Source: Methanomassiliicoccus sp.
GTDB lineage: Archaea > Thermoplasmatota > Thermoplasmata > Methanomassiliicoccales > Methanomassiliicoccaceae
Direction of reading: 5' to 3'
Length of the DNA stretch: 64,000 nucleotides
NCBI GenBank assembly: GCA_012719175.1
Contig: JAAYAX010000006.1
Coordinates: 17,777 to 81,776, forward strand
Part shown: positions 37,554-46,926 of the stretch, piece after piece
How the letters are laid out: each line of letters starts with the position of its first letter
How positions within the stretch are numbered: the first letter of the stretch is position 1
Notes under the pieces: generated by a model
What the model was told of the DNA's origin: nothing
Seen by the model: the letters and a program-made list of their open reading frames with translations, nothing else
Database searches by the model: none
Made by a program: the position numbers and the translations under genes

Positions 37554-38062
37554 GCACGATGAATGGAAGGGCCCATACATTCGGGGACAACCTCAACACC
37601 GACTACGTCATCTCCGGTAAGTACAAGTTCAAGACCCTGGACATGAAGGAGCTGTCCAAGCACGTGATGGAGGACATCCGCCCCGGTTTCTACAACGAGA
37701 TCGAGCAGGGCGACTTTGTGGTCGCCGGCGAGAACCTCGGAGCTGGCTCGTCAAGGGAGCAGGCACCGCTGGTCCTGAAGGCCGCGGGCATCGGAGCGGT
37801 CGTTGCCAAGTCCTTCGCGCGCATCTTCTACCGCAACTGCATCAATGTCGGCCTGCCCGTAGTGGAGGTGGACACCTCCCAGATCGAGGAGGGTGACGTT
37901 TTGGAGATAGATATCGCGCAGGGAGTTGTGGTGAACGTCTCCAAGAACATGACGCTCCAGGCCAGCCCCCTGCCCCCGGTGATGATGAAGATCCTCTCGG
38001 ACGGCGGGCTGGCGGAGCACCTCAAGAAGCACAATGGCTTCGCGCTCGACGAGAGCGAATGA
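37550..38062 (+). CDS. aconitase-family dehydratase small subunit (HacB/LeuD-type)
   Basis: GRAHTFGDNLNTD, GENLGAGSSREQA, SFARIFYRN; ATGA overlap with large subunit; track N-extension rejected. Confidence 0.88.
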   Translation: MSTMNGRAHTFGDNLNTDYVISGKYKFKTLDMKELSKHVMEDIRPGFYNEIEQGDFVVAGENLGAGSSREQAPLVLKAAGIGAVVAKSFARIFYRNCINVGLPVVEVDTSQIEEGDVLEIDIAQGVVVNVSKNMTLQASPLPPVMMKILSDGGLAEHLKKHNGFALDESE

Positions 38063-38090
38063 AAACCCCTTTCCTGAATCTTTATTTTTG

Positions 38091-39104
38091 CTACGAGCGC
38101 ATCGATTCGTTGATCGCCAGCTCGGCGATGTCGGTCGCATACATTATGGTCCTGATGACACTGTCCAGGACCGAGGAGTTGGAAACCGCCCCTTTGCCAT
38201 TGTAGGACTGCAGCTCAGGTATAAGGTCCTCGGCCTTATGGGCCAGGTTATCGCCTCTGTCGATAATATCGTTGGCGCTGCCGATGTCCCGGAGGAAGTA
38301 GGACTCCATGGCCTTGGTGAGCATAACTAACGCCTCCTGGCTTATCTTCTCGATGGCGCCCATTTCCGTGGATGCGCCCTTCTTACTGAGGTTCAGAGCA
38401 TGCTTTGCTATCTTCTCAGCATGGTCCCCTATTCTCTCGATGAGGCGGGCCAACATCATGAGGCTCATGCTCTCATGGATGTCCACTCCCACTCTCTCTG
38501 CGAGGCTGCGGTCCTTCTGGATCAGATTATACTGTTTATATGTCATCCAATACAGCCTGTCGACGTCCTGATCGCGCTCGATCACATCGTTGGCCAGCTC
38601 ACGGTCCCCCTGGGTATAGGCGATCATGGCGTCACGGTGCATGGTATCAACGATTAGGTGCATCCTGCGAACGCACTTCCTCTGTGGCAGTTCCACGGGG
38701 TCGGAGAGGTCGTGAAGGACGATGGAGTTGGCAGTTTCCTCTATCACCTCTGGCCCTATGACCATACGGGCGAAGTCCCTGGCCGCCCTCTTTATCTCCA
38801 GGTCCATGCGCTCCTTGGAGCGAACCTCAATGATGGTGAATCCTGCGAGGTAAACGCCTATGAGCTTCCTCACCAGGTGATCGGTGGAGTCATCGCTTTC
38901 TAACTGTATCAGCTTTCTAAGCGGTTCTCTCTTCTTGTGCTCCTTGGGACCTACACGAAGGGAGCCATCGGGCATTATCTCCAGGTCCACCTGGTCCCCG
39001 GGCTTCAGGTTAATCGTAGAGACCCATTCCTTCGGCAGGGACACGGTCAACGTGGATAAACCGGTCTTCTGCACTTTTCTGGACTCCATTCGCTTGGCGA
39101 CCAT
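38091..39104 (-). CDS. AbrB/SpoVT-domain plus PhoU-domain phosphate regulator
   Basis: TLTVSLPKEWV..L.PGD.V N-terminal swapped-hairpin domain, two PhoU repeats (ERIGDHAEKIA). Confidence 0.8.
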   Translation of the reverse strand: MVAKRMESRKVQKTGLSTLTVSLPKEWVSTINLKPGDQVDLEIMPDGSLRVGPKEHKKREPLRKLIQLESDDSTDHLVRKLIGVYLAGFTIIEVRSKERMDLEIKRAARDFARMVIGPEVIEETANSIVLHDLSDPVELPQRKCVRRMHLIVDTMHRDAMIAYTQGDRELANDVIERDQDVDRLYWMTYKQYNLIQKDRSLAERVGVDIHESMSLMMLARLIERIGDHAEKIAKHALNLSKKGASTEMGAIEKISQEALVMLTKAMESYFLRDIGSANDIIDRGDNLAHKAEDLIPELQSYNGKGAVSNSSVLDSVIRTIMYATDIAELAINESMRS

Positions 39105-39133
39105 ACTATTTCTCCCAAATAATCTTTGTATAT

Positions 39134-39154
39134 ACAATATGTATAGTATATTGT
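39134..39154. promoter_or_regulatory. inverted repeat ACAATAT-N7-ATATTGT within TATAC/GTATA-rich divergent pst control region
   Basis: Read directly in 39105-39336 intergenic region. Confidence 0.3.
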
Positions 39155-39336
39155 CATACATTCACAAACATATACAACTATATTCTATTTTGCATAGGAT
39201 TATACTTTGGTTATGTGAATCGGCGATTGTGAGTTCAAGCGAGGAAATGGATGAACATGGGCAGCCAGTCGAAAGCCATCACCCGGATGGTGATGCCTGA
39301 ACTTGGCAACCCAGCTTGTCTCATTGAGGGAAAAAA

Positions 39337-40266
39337 ATGGATAAGAAGATCATGTATGCAGCGATCGCCGTGATAGCGGTCGTCGTCATCGCTGGGCTTG
39401 CCGTCGGCCTCGGCTCGAACAACAACGCCCAGAAAAAGACCCCTGTTACCGAGATAGGCTCGGACACCATGTTGGAGCTGATGCAGATGTGCGCTGAGGA
39501 CTTCAACGCTGACAGCACCACAGCCTCCGTTTCCATCACCGGAGGCGGGAGCGGGGTCGGCATCACCAAGCTGATACAGAACGAGACCGATGTGGCGCAG
39601 GCCTCCAGGGCTATGACCGCTGCCGAGGCGCAGAACGCCATTGCCCAAGGTGTGAACGCATTAGAGTTCAAGGTGGCCATTGACGGCATAGCCATCATCA
39701 CTAATAGCGAGAACACCGTGACCACCCTGACCCTGGACCAGCTGGCCAGCATATACAATGGAACGTACACCAACTGGAACCAGGTGGGCGGTCCCGACCT
39801 GACCATAGTCCTGTACGGCCGCCAGCCGACCTCAGGCACCTATCAGTTCTTCGAAGAGGTCGTCCTCAAGAAGGGTAAGACGGGAGCTTCTGAGTACTCT
39901 GCAGCCATGAAGCAGCAGACCGGAAATCAGCAGATCCTGTCCCAGGTGGAGCAGGACCCCGGGGCCATCGGCTACGTGGGTGTTGGGTACGCCAAGCAGG
40001 GCGGGAGCTCCGTGGACGTCCTGAGCATCCAGAAGAACGACACCTCGACCGCCTATAACGCGCTGGACGAGAGCGCCGTCCTGAACCAGAGCTATTCCCT
40101 GGCCAGGTACCTGTTCCTGTACACCAACGGGGTCCCCACGGGCGCCGTGAAGGACTGGATGGCGTATGTCCTATCGACCGAGGGAGGTCAGAAGATCGTT
40201 ACCGATGCAGGCTTCTACCCTCTCCCCAACGATGTGCAGCAGGAGATGATCTCCAAACTGGGCTGA
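39337..40266 (+). CDS. pstS: phosphate ABC transporter substrate-binding protein
   Basis: N-terminal membrane anchor, GGGSGVG, PBP fold; GAGGG SD upstream. Confidence 0.9.
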   Translation: MDKKIMYAAIAVIAVVVIAGLAVGLGSNNNAQKKTPVTEIGSDTMLELMQMCAEDFNADSTTASVSITGGGSGVGITKLIQNETDVAQASRAMTAAEAQNAIAQGVNALEFKVAIDGIAIITNSENTVTTLTLDQLASIYNGTYTNWNQVGGPDLTIVLYGRQPTSGTYQFFEEVVLKKGKTGASEYSAAMKQQTGNQQILSQVEQDPGAIGYVGVGYAKQGGSSVDVLSIQKNDTSTAYNALDESAVLNQSYSLARYLFLYTNGVPTGAVKDWMAYVLSTEGGQKIVTDAGFYPLPNDVQQEMISKLG

Positions 40267-40326
40267 TGCCCAATACCCTTGGACCTAGTGTCCAAGGGGC
40301 TTTCTTTACATTCATTCCTTAGTTAG

Positions 40327-41304
40327 GTGAATAATTTGCAGAACCAACCTGTCAAGAGTAGGAACGGCGGCCTTAGGGGGATGACCTCAGCCCTTAGGGG
40401 CCTCCTCAACAAGCCACGTTCGGTCAAGATGGACCTTATCACTCATTTCACTCTCCTTATCATTGCCGGGATATCCTTCTTCGTGCTGATCCTGGTATTC
40501 TATACTCTAGTCTCCAACGCTCTTCCTTCGTTCATCAACTTTGGCAACAATGAGGTGACCGACCTCTGGAACTTTTTGACCGGCGAGATCTGGCGTCCCA
40601 GCTCGGACATATACGGCATCGTGCCTCTGGTCCTGGGGACGCTGCTGGTGAGCCTGGCGGCCTCTCTCATCGCCATCCCCATCGGGATCGGGACCACGAT
40701 ATACATATCGGAGATCGCCCACCCCCGGGTGCGCGGCATCCTCAAGCCGGCGATCGAGGTCCTCGCCGGCATACCCTCCGTGGTCTACGGATTGTTCGGT
40801 CTGCTCATCCTCAGCCCCTACATAAGGGACATATTCGGCGTGGGCAGCGGCACCAACGCCCTCAACGGCGCCATCATGCTGGCCATCATGATGATCCCCA
40901 TCATGGTGAGCCTCTCCGAGGATGCCATCAACGCCGTGCCCAGAAGCCTGCGGGAAGCGTCCTACGCCCTGGGAGCGAACCGCTGGGAGACCATGAGGGC
41001 CATCGTCCTGCCCGCAGCCCTGTCCGGGATCGTGGCCGCCATAATCCTTTCCATAGGCAGGGCTGTAGGGGAGACCATGGTGGTGCTCATGTGCACCGGC
41101 AACTCTCCGCAGATCACAGCCAACATCCTGGACTCTGTGCAGGCGATGACCTCGGCCATCGCCATTGATGTGGGCGAGGTCGCGGGAGGTTCCTTGCATT
41201 ACCACGTGCTCTTCGCCATCGGCATGATCCTGTTCCTGTTCACCCTAGTGATCAACTTTATAGCGGACCTCATCGCCGCCCGCTACTCGGAGGCGTACCG
41301 ATGA
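40327..41304 (+). CDS. pstC: phosphate ABC transporter permease
   Basis: six TM segments, EAS.ALGA permease EAA-loop. Confidence 0.9.
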   Translation: MNNLQNQPVKSRNGGLRGMTSALRGLLNKPRSVKMDLITHFTLLIIAGISFFVLILVFYTLVSNALPSFINFGNNEVTDLWNFLTGEIWRPSSDIYGIVPLVLGTLLVSLAASLIAIPIGIGTTIYISEIAHPRVRGILKPAIEVLAGIPSVVYGLFGLLILSPYIRDIFGVGSGTNALNGAIMLAIMMIPIMVSLSEDAINAVPRSLREASYALGANRWETMRAIVLPAALSGIVAAIILSIGRAVGETMVVLMCTGNSPQITANILDSVQAMTSAIAIDVGEVAGGSLHYHVLFAIGMILFLFTLVINFIADLIAARYSEAYR

Positions 41305-42149
41305 ACCGCAAGCTGAAGCAGAACATCTACTTCGGGCTGTTCCGGATAAGCGGGTGGATGGTGGTGGCGGCCATCGCGGTCCTGATAGGCTACCTGGTCT
41401 TCTACGGGATCGGCGCCATCAGCTGGGAGTTCCTCACCCAGGCCCCGCGGGTGGGCATGAGCCAGGGAGGCATATTCCCCCAGATCCTGGGTACGATCTA
41501 CCTGATGGTGCTGGTGCTGATAATCTCCATCCCCATCGGCATCCTCTCAGCCGTGTATCTGGTGGAGTACCAGAAGAACAGGTTCATGAAGGGGGTGTGG
41601 AGGGTAGTGGTGCACAACCTTGCAGGGGTGCCTTCGGTAGTGTATGGCCTGCTTGGCCTGGGTCTCTTCGTGCTCCTGCTGGACATGGGGGCGAGCCTCA
41701 TCGCTGCCGGTCTGACGCTTAGCATACTGGTGCTGCCGATCATCATAGCTTCCACCAGAGAGGCCCTTATCGCCATCCCTCCCTCGCTGAGGGAGGCGTC
41801 GATGGCGCTGGGAGCCACCAAGTGGCAGACGGTCAGGCACCACATCCTGCCGTACGCCATGCCCGGCATCCTGACAGGGGTAATACTGTCCCTCTCTCGG
41901 GCGGCGGGTGAGACCGCGCCGATCATACTGGTGGGTGCAGCGTTCTACATGCCTAACCTGCCGGACTCGCTGTTCTCCGCCTTCCAAGCACTGCCATATC
42001 ACATTTACGCGCTGGCCACCCAGACCAGGATCGCGCTCACAGGCCCGAACCTCTTCGGCTCTGCTCTGGTGCTGCTCATGCTGGTCGTGGGAATGAACCT
42101 CGTGGCGATCATGCTTCGCAACAAATACCGTAAGAAATACAGATGGTGA
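41301..42149 (+). CDS. pstA: phosphate ABC transporter permease
   Basis: [13 protein letters not shown] loop, ATGA overlap with pstC. Confidence 0.9.
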   Translation: MNRKLKQNIYFGLFRISGWMVVAAIAVLIGYLVFYGIGAISWEFLTQAPRVGMSQGGIFPQILGTIYLMVLVLIISIPIGILSAVYLVEYQKNRFMKGVWRVVVHNLAGVPSVVYGLLGLGLFVLLLDMGASLIAAGLTLSILVLPIIIASTREALIAIPPSLREASMALGATKWQTVRHHILPYAMPGILTGVILSLSRAAGETAPIILVGAAFYMPNLPDSLFSAFQALPYHIYALATQTRIALTGPNLFGSALVLLMLVVGMNLVAIMLRNKYRKKYRW

Positions 42150-42907
42150 TCAAGGTGACAGACATCACAGTAAATCAGCTCAACGTCCACTTCGACAAGG
42201 CTCATGCCCTGAAGGACGTAAGTATGAAGATAGGGAAGAACAAGATAACGGCCATCATCGGCCCTTCAGGCTGCGGGAAGAGCACGTTCATCCGCTGCAT
42301 CAACCGCATGAACGACCTCATACCCTCGGCCAGGGTGACCGGGGACGTGCATGTGGATGGGACCAATATCTACGACCCCAGGGTCGATGTCACCGATATC
42401 CGGAAGAAGATAGGGATGGTGTTCCAGAAGCCCAACCCCTTCCCCAAGACCATCTTCGAGAATATCGCCTACGCCCCCCGGATCCACGGGACCAGGAGAA
42501 AGGAGGACCTGAACCGGATCGTGGAGAGGTCCCTGAGGAGGGCGGCGTTATGGGAGGAGGTCAAGGACAGGCTGAACAAGAGCGCCTACGATCTCTCTGG
42601 GGGGCAGCAGCAGAGGCTGTGCATAGCCCGGACATTGGCTATAGAGCCTGAGATCATACTCTTCGATGAGCCGTGCTCGGCACTGGACCCCATCGCCACG
42701 GCCAAGATCGAGGACCTACTGATCGACCTTAAGAAGGACTACACCGTGGTCATAGTCACTCACAACATGCAGCAGGCCGCTCGTGTGGCCGACTGTACAG
42801 CGTTCTTCTATCTGGGCGAGCTCATCGAGTACGGGAGTACCAGGGACCTGTTCGAGAAGCCGGAAAAGGACTTGACCGAGCAATACATTACAGGGAGGAT
42901 GGGTTGA
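42143..42907 (+). CDS. pstB: phosphate ABC transporter ATP-binding protein
   Basis: GPSGCGKST Walker [10 protein letters not shown] signature, ILFDEP Walker B. Confidence 0.95.
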   Translation: MVIKVTDITVNQLNVHFDKAHALKDVSMKIGKNKITAIIGPSGCGKSTFIRCINRMNDLIPSARVTGDVHVDGTNIYDPRVDVTDIRKKIGMVFQKPNPFPKTIFENIAYAPRIHGTRRKEDLNRIVERSLRRAALWEEVKDRLNKSAYDLSGGQQQRLCIARTLAIEPEIILFDEPCSALDPIATAKIEDLLIDLKKDYTVVIVTHNMQQAARVADCTAFFYLGELIEYGSTRDLFEKPEKDLTEQYITGRMG

Positions 42908-43663
42908 ATGACCACCAGGATGCTGTTCAATGAGGAGATGAGGTCGCTGAACCAGGAGATCATCCGCATGGGGGACCTGGCCAGAGAGATGATCAAAAAG
43001 GGCGTCCAGGCCTTCCTGGAGAACGATGCGGACCTCCGCAGTAAGGTCGAGGAGCTGGACCATCAGATCTACCTCACCGAGCAGGCCATCGAGAAGCACT
43101 GCGTGGAGATAGTCGCCCTGCACCAGCCGGTGGCCGGGGACCTCAGGATGGTCACCACCAGCCTGAAGATCATCACCGATCTGAACCGCATCGGCCGCTA
43201 TGGCCAGGACATCTCCGAGCTCGCCGGAAACGGAGAGGGGGGGAAGAGGATGAAGAAGCTGGTGGCCGTCCCCCTGATGGCAGAGCTGGTGATGGGCATG
43301 GTCAACGACGCCATCGGCTCCTTCGTGAACCGGGACGATGGCATGGCCAGGGGGCTGTTCATCAGGGATGACGAGATCGACAGCCTGTGGGACTCCATTT
43401 TCCGGGAGAGCCTCACCCATATGATGGAGGACCCCCGCAACATAGGGGTGGGCATCCACTACATCCTGGTGGCCAGGTACTTGGAGAGGATCGCCGACCA
43501 CTCCTGCAATATCGGTGACAGAGTAGTGTTCATGGTCACGGGAGAGAGGATGGACCCTTACGCCAAGAAGCACCATGGAGAGACCAGACCGGTCCGGAGG
43601 TCCGATGACCATGACCTCGTGCCCACCGAGGGGTACTACTCCACGCACCTCTCGGAGAAATGA
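42908..43663 (+). CDS. phoU: phosphate signalling protein PhoU
   Basis: two PhoU repeats (LNRIGRYGQDI, LERIADHSCNI). Confidence 0.88.
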   Translation: MTTRMLFNEEMRSLNQEIIRMGDLAREMIKKGVQAFLENDADLRSKVEELDHQIYLTEQAIEKHCVEIVALHQPVAGDLRMVTTSLKIITDLNRIGRYGQDISELAGNGEGGKRMKKLVAVPLMAELVMGMVNDAIGSFVNRDDGMARGLFIRDDEIDSLWDSIFRESLTHMMEDPRNIGVGIHYILVARYLERIADHSCNIGDRVVFMVTGERMDPYAKKHHGETRPVRRSDDHDLVPTEGYYSTHLSEK

Positions 43664-43680
43664 GCGGGCCAATGGCAGGC

Positions 43681-44385
43681 TCACGTGGGAGGATCTTGAT
43701 CGGACAGGGGACCGGTCCTTGTCTCCGGTCGACCATCGTCTGAGCTGACTTTCCTGGACCTGTCTATCTCCAGCCCTCTGGCCTTCACCAGTTCCCAGGC
43801 CTCCCTGATGAGCTGAAGCGACCCGGAGGTCGACTCATGCCTCAGCCCAAGGTCGACCGCAAGCCGCTCAGAGTTGTTCCTGCACTGCTCCACGCATTCG
43901 ATGCCGGTATCGATGAAAAGGATGCGGGAGAAACCATCCAGCATCATCCTGAGGAAGAACTCGGGCTCATATCCCTCATGCTCCAGGCAGTCCAGGTGGA
44001 ACAAATGGACCAATCCCGGCATCCCTTTTTCGGCCCAACCCGCAGGGTAGAACCAGGTGATGCCCCCGTTGTTCTTCTCGCGGTGGTACCTCTCCGTGCT
44101 CATGAGGGTGGCGATGCAGTCCTCATGCTCCAGCATGATGACGGGGACCTTGACCTGGGACGGCAGGCCTTGGAGCGCCTGGCAGTGTCCATAGCCCAGG
44201 AACAGGACGTCCACCTCGGCAGGTAGGGCCTCGATCCTCTCCAGGATCACCTTCCTCAGTTCCACCGGATGGAGGTGAAGACCGAACTCCAGGTACTCTC
44301 TGTACACCACGTCGGGATCGCCGGCGGTGACGATGTCCAGTTCATGTCGGATCGCATCACAGCCCAGTATTCCTATCCTCATCAT
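43681..44385 (-). CDS. DUF1638 domain protein, paralog 1
   Basis: MRIGILGCD....EL......DP.V.Y.EY.EFGLH..P..L......E.I..L....D.LFLGYG.C; alignable to 53963-54601. Confidence 0.7.
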   Translation of the reverse strand: MMRIGILGCDAIRHELDIVTAGDPDVVYREYLEFGLHLHPVELRKVILERIEALPAEVDVLFLGYGHCQALQGLPSQVKVPVIMLEHEDCIATLMSTERYHREKNNGGITWFYPAGWAEKGMPGLVHLFHLDCLEHEGYEPEFFLRMMLDGFSRILFIDTGIECVEQCRNNSERLAVDLGLRHESTSGSLQLIREAWELVKARGLEIDRSRKVSSDDGRPETRTGPLSDQDPPT

Positions 44386-44622
44386 CCCAAGCCTCTCAGG
44401 AACGAAGCGTGTAAAACAAGGTCATTGGAGTATTTTGCCTTTAGCGTGCCCACACTGGGACCTGGACCTCCATGGGCCGTACCAGAAGCATCCTCCAGGG
44501 GCGTCTTGCGTGTGCACTTGTGTCAGGGTCACCCGGACCAGTTAGGCCATTTCCTCATCAACTTGTTCGAGTTACACCCTAGAGTGTGGAGCGAGGGGAC
44601 GGCACAGGCCATCGCGTTGGTG

Positions 44623-45204
44623 ATGCTGGTGGGTACAATGGTGGGGGCCTTGTTGCTGTCGATATGGAGCGGCTTCCTCCGGCGGGAAGATAACGTTCTT
44701 ACCAGCAGGAGTCCGGGACCGGTCATGCGCTGGACATGGCCCGCAGTGGTCGCGACGCTCCATCTGTGGAGCCTGGGTGTGCTTCTCCTACCCGACCTGT
44801 TCTACCTCACCCCCAAGCTACCGGTGATAGTTCCCGGCCTCGTGCAGGGGCTGGGGGTGGTGCTATGGGCATCGAGCGGCATGATCATACTGTGGTCGAC
44901 CCAGGTCATGGGAAGGGCCATGCGCCCTCAGGTCCTGGTGTCCCGGGAGCAGCAGCTGGTGACCCGGGGACCGTTCCGATGGGTCCGCCACCCCGTGTAC
45001 GCTGGCAACATCATCGTGGGGCTCGGCATGGCTCTTACATTCCTCAGCATCCCCTGCCTTCTCCTGACCATCATCGCATCTATGATCGCTCTCCGCCGGA
45101 CCTACATCGAGGAGGAGATGCTGAGCTCTCCCCTAGCCTTCGGTACTGAGTACGAGAGGTACAGAGCGTGCACGGGGAGGTTCCTCCCCCGCCGCTCCCG
45201 CTGA
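44623..45204 (+). CDS. isoprenylcysteine carboxyl methyltransferase (ICMT)/phospholipid methyltransferase family membrane protein
   Basis: GPFRWVRHPVYAGN, EE.ML...FG.EY..Y; start uncertain (GTG 44584 or ATG 44623); track N-extension overlaps opposite-strand gene. Confidence 0.65.
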   Translation: MLVGTMVGALLLSIWSGFLRREDNVLTSRSPGPVMRWTWPAVVATLHLWSLGVLLLPDLFYLTPKLPVIVPGLVQGLGVVLWASSGMIILWSTQVMGRAMRPQVLVSREQQLVTRGPFRWVRHPVYAGNIIVGLGMALTFLSIPCLLLTIIASMIALRRTYIEEEMLSSPLAFGTEYERYRACTGRFLPRRSR

Positions 45205-45229
45205 TCCTCGAGCAGGGAGGCGGGCAGGC

Positions 45230-45568
45230 TCACATCTTCTTCGCGTATGATGCTATCCTCAGGGCGGGGATGAGGAGCAGGAGCGGGGTCAATCCCAACA
45301 GGATGACGTAATCCGGATTGCTGTCCATGTCCAGGAAGAAGAAAATGATGCCGAGGAGCATGAGGGCGATGCCCCCGAATATGAGCTGGCGCCCGCCGTA
45401 GCGGTTCAACCGGTCCCAGTTCTCCTCGCTCTCGAAGGACTTGGCCAGCCGGACGCCGTAGGTGTGGTTCATAGCTACCTTACCTCTCGCCATGGGGATC
45501 GATATCAGGACCACCACCAGGCCTACTATGAGGCTGGACAGTCCCAGCAGCAGGGAGGTCCATCCCAC
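45230..45568 (-). CDS. SdpI/YhfL-family small membrane protein
   Basis: N.TYGVRL....SEENW...NRYGG; start uncertain, GTG 45568 avoids 95-nt overlap with upstream gene. Confidence 0.55.
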   Translation of the reverse strand: MGWTSLLLGLSSLIVGLVVVLISIPMARGKVAMNHTYGVRLAKSFESEENWDRLNRYGGRQLIFGGIALMLLGIIFFFLDMDSNPDYVILLGLTPLLLLIPALRIASYAKKM

Positions 45569-45572
45569 GATA

Positions 45573-46784
45573 TCAACTGCTCCGCTGGTACCCCTTCCAC
45601 TTGCTCTCCAGGTCGGGATCGTTGACGGTGTCCAGAACGTACTGCGCGAACTCGTCTCCCGTAGCACCGTTGGAACGCCCCGTCATGACCTTCCTCTTCT
45701 CGTACTGGATGCAGACCTCCAGGGCCATCTCCAACCTTCTGGCCTTGTCCACGAAGCCTATGTGATTGAGAAGCATGGCCGTGGCCTTGATCATGGAGGA
45801 TGGATCGGCATACTGCGCCCTGCCCTCATCCACCATTCGGGGGGCGGAGCCGTGGATGGCCTCGAACATGGCGTACCGCTTCCCTATGTTAGCGCTGCCC
45901 GCAGTGCCCACGCCTCCCTGTATCTGGGCGGCCTCGTCCGTGAGTATGTCGCCGTAGAGGTTGGGCAGGACGATCACCTTGAAGTCGCTGCGGCGGTAGG
46001 GATCAATGAGCTTCGCGGTCATGATATCTATGAACCAGTCGTCCCACTTGACCCCCGGGTAGTCCTTGGCCACTTCAACGGCGGTGTTGAGGAACTTACC
46101 GTCCGTGGTCTTGATGACGTTGGCCTTGGTGACCACACTGACCTTGTCGATACCGTTCTTGGCCGCATAGTCAAAGGCCAGCCTGATGATTCGGTCCGAG
46201 CCCTGGGAGGTGGCCACGCAGAAATCGATGGCCAGGTCCTCGGTGACATTGACCCCCTTGCTTCCCAGCACGTAGCTCCCCTCGGTGTTCTCCCTAAAGA
46301 ACATCCAGTCCACTCCCAGCTCCGGGACCTTCACCGGCCTGACGTTGGCGAACAGGTCCAGCTCGCGCCTCATGGCCACATTGGCGCTCTCGATGTTCGG
46401 CCAGGGATCCCCCTTCTTGGGAGTGGTGGTGGGGCCCTTAAGCACCACATGGCATTCCTTGATCTCGGCCAGGACCTCATCGGGAATGGCCTTCATCACC
46501 TTCACGCGGTTCTCTATGGTAAGGCCCTCGATGACCCTGATCTCCACCTTGCCGCTACCTATCTCGTCCTGGAGCATCACTTCTAGGACCTTCTGGGCAG
46601 ATCGGGATATGTACGGCCCTATGCCGTCCCCTCCACAGATGCCGATCTTGACCCTCTGCAGGTTGGTGTAATCGGTCCAGTCCTGTCCGGACCTCATGGC
46701 CTCGACCCTCTTCAGCTGTTCTTCGAGGATCTTGCCGAAGTGCTCCTTGGCATTCTCGATCGCTTTAGCATCGACCATGGTCAT
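45573..46784 (-). CDS. isocitrate/isopropylmalate/homoisocitrate dehydrogenase family protein
   Basis: GDGIGP, FRENTEG.Y, NLYGDILTDEAA, HGSAP motifs; 403 aa with about 40-aa N-extension. Confidence 0.85.
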   Translation of the reverse strand: MTMVDAKAIENAKEHFGKILEEQLKRVEAMRSGQDWTDYTNLQRVKIGICGGDGIGPYISRSAQKVLEVMLQDEIGSGKVEIRVIEGLTIENRVKVMKAIPDEVLAEIKECHVVLKGPTTTPKKGDPWPNIESANVAMRRELDLFANVRPVKVPELGVDWMFFRENTEGSYVLGSKGVNVTEDLAIDFCVATSQGSDRIIRLAFDYAAKNGIDKVSVVTKANVIKTTDGKFLNTAVEVAKDYPGVKWDDWFIDIMTAKLIDPYRRSDFKVIVLPNLYGDILTDEAAQIQGGVGTAGSANIGKRYAMFEAIHGSAPRMVDEGRAQYADPSSMIKATAMLLNHIGFVDKARRLEMALEVCIQYEKRKVMTGRSNGATGDEFAQYVLDTVNDPDLESKWKGYQRSS

Positions 46785-46926
46785 TCCCGGTCGTAATCAG
46801 GTAACTCGTATTTGATTGATTCCCTGAGGCCGGAGACCTGCTGGCTGAGGTATGAAAAGTCTTCCACGGCAGAGGGAGCATCATCAGCCGACAAATGATA
46901 AAAGCGGAACAGGGCAATGACCGACC

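Noticed and set aside
36324-37580. 418-aa minus-strand ORF
   Set aside because: Antisense shadow of the aconitase-family large subunit. No motifs and biased G/H/R/V composition.
42716-43684. 322-aa minus-strand ORF; also 45462-46586 (+, 374 aa) and 14569-15465 / 15709-16614 (+)
   Set aside because: All are antisense to well-supported genes (pstB/phoU, the IDH-family gene, the REC-PAS sensor) and have low-complexity H/G/D/V/L composition.
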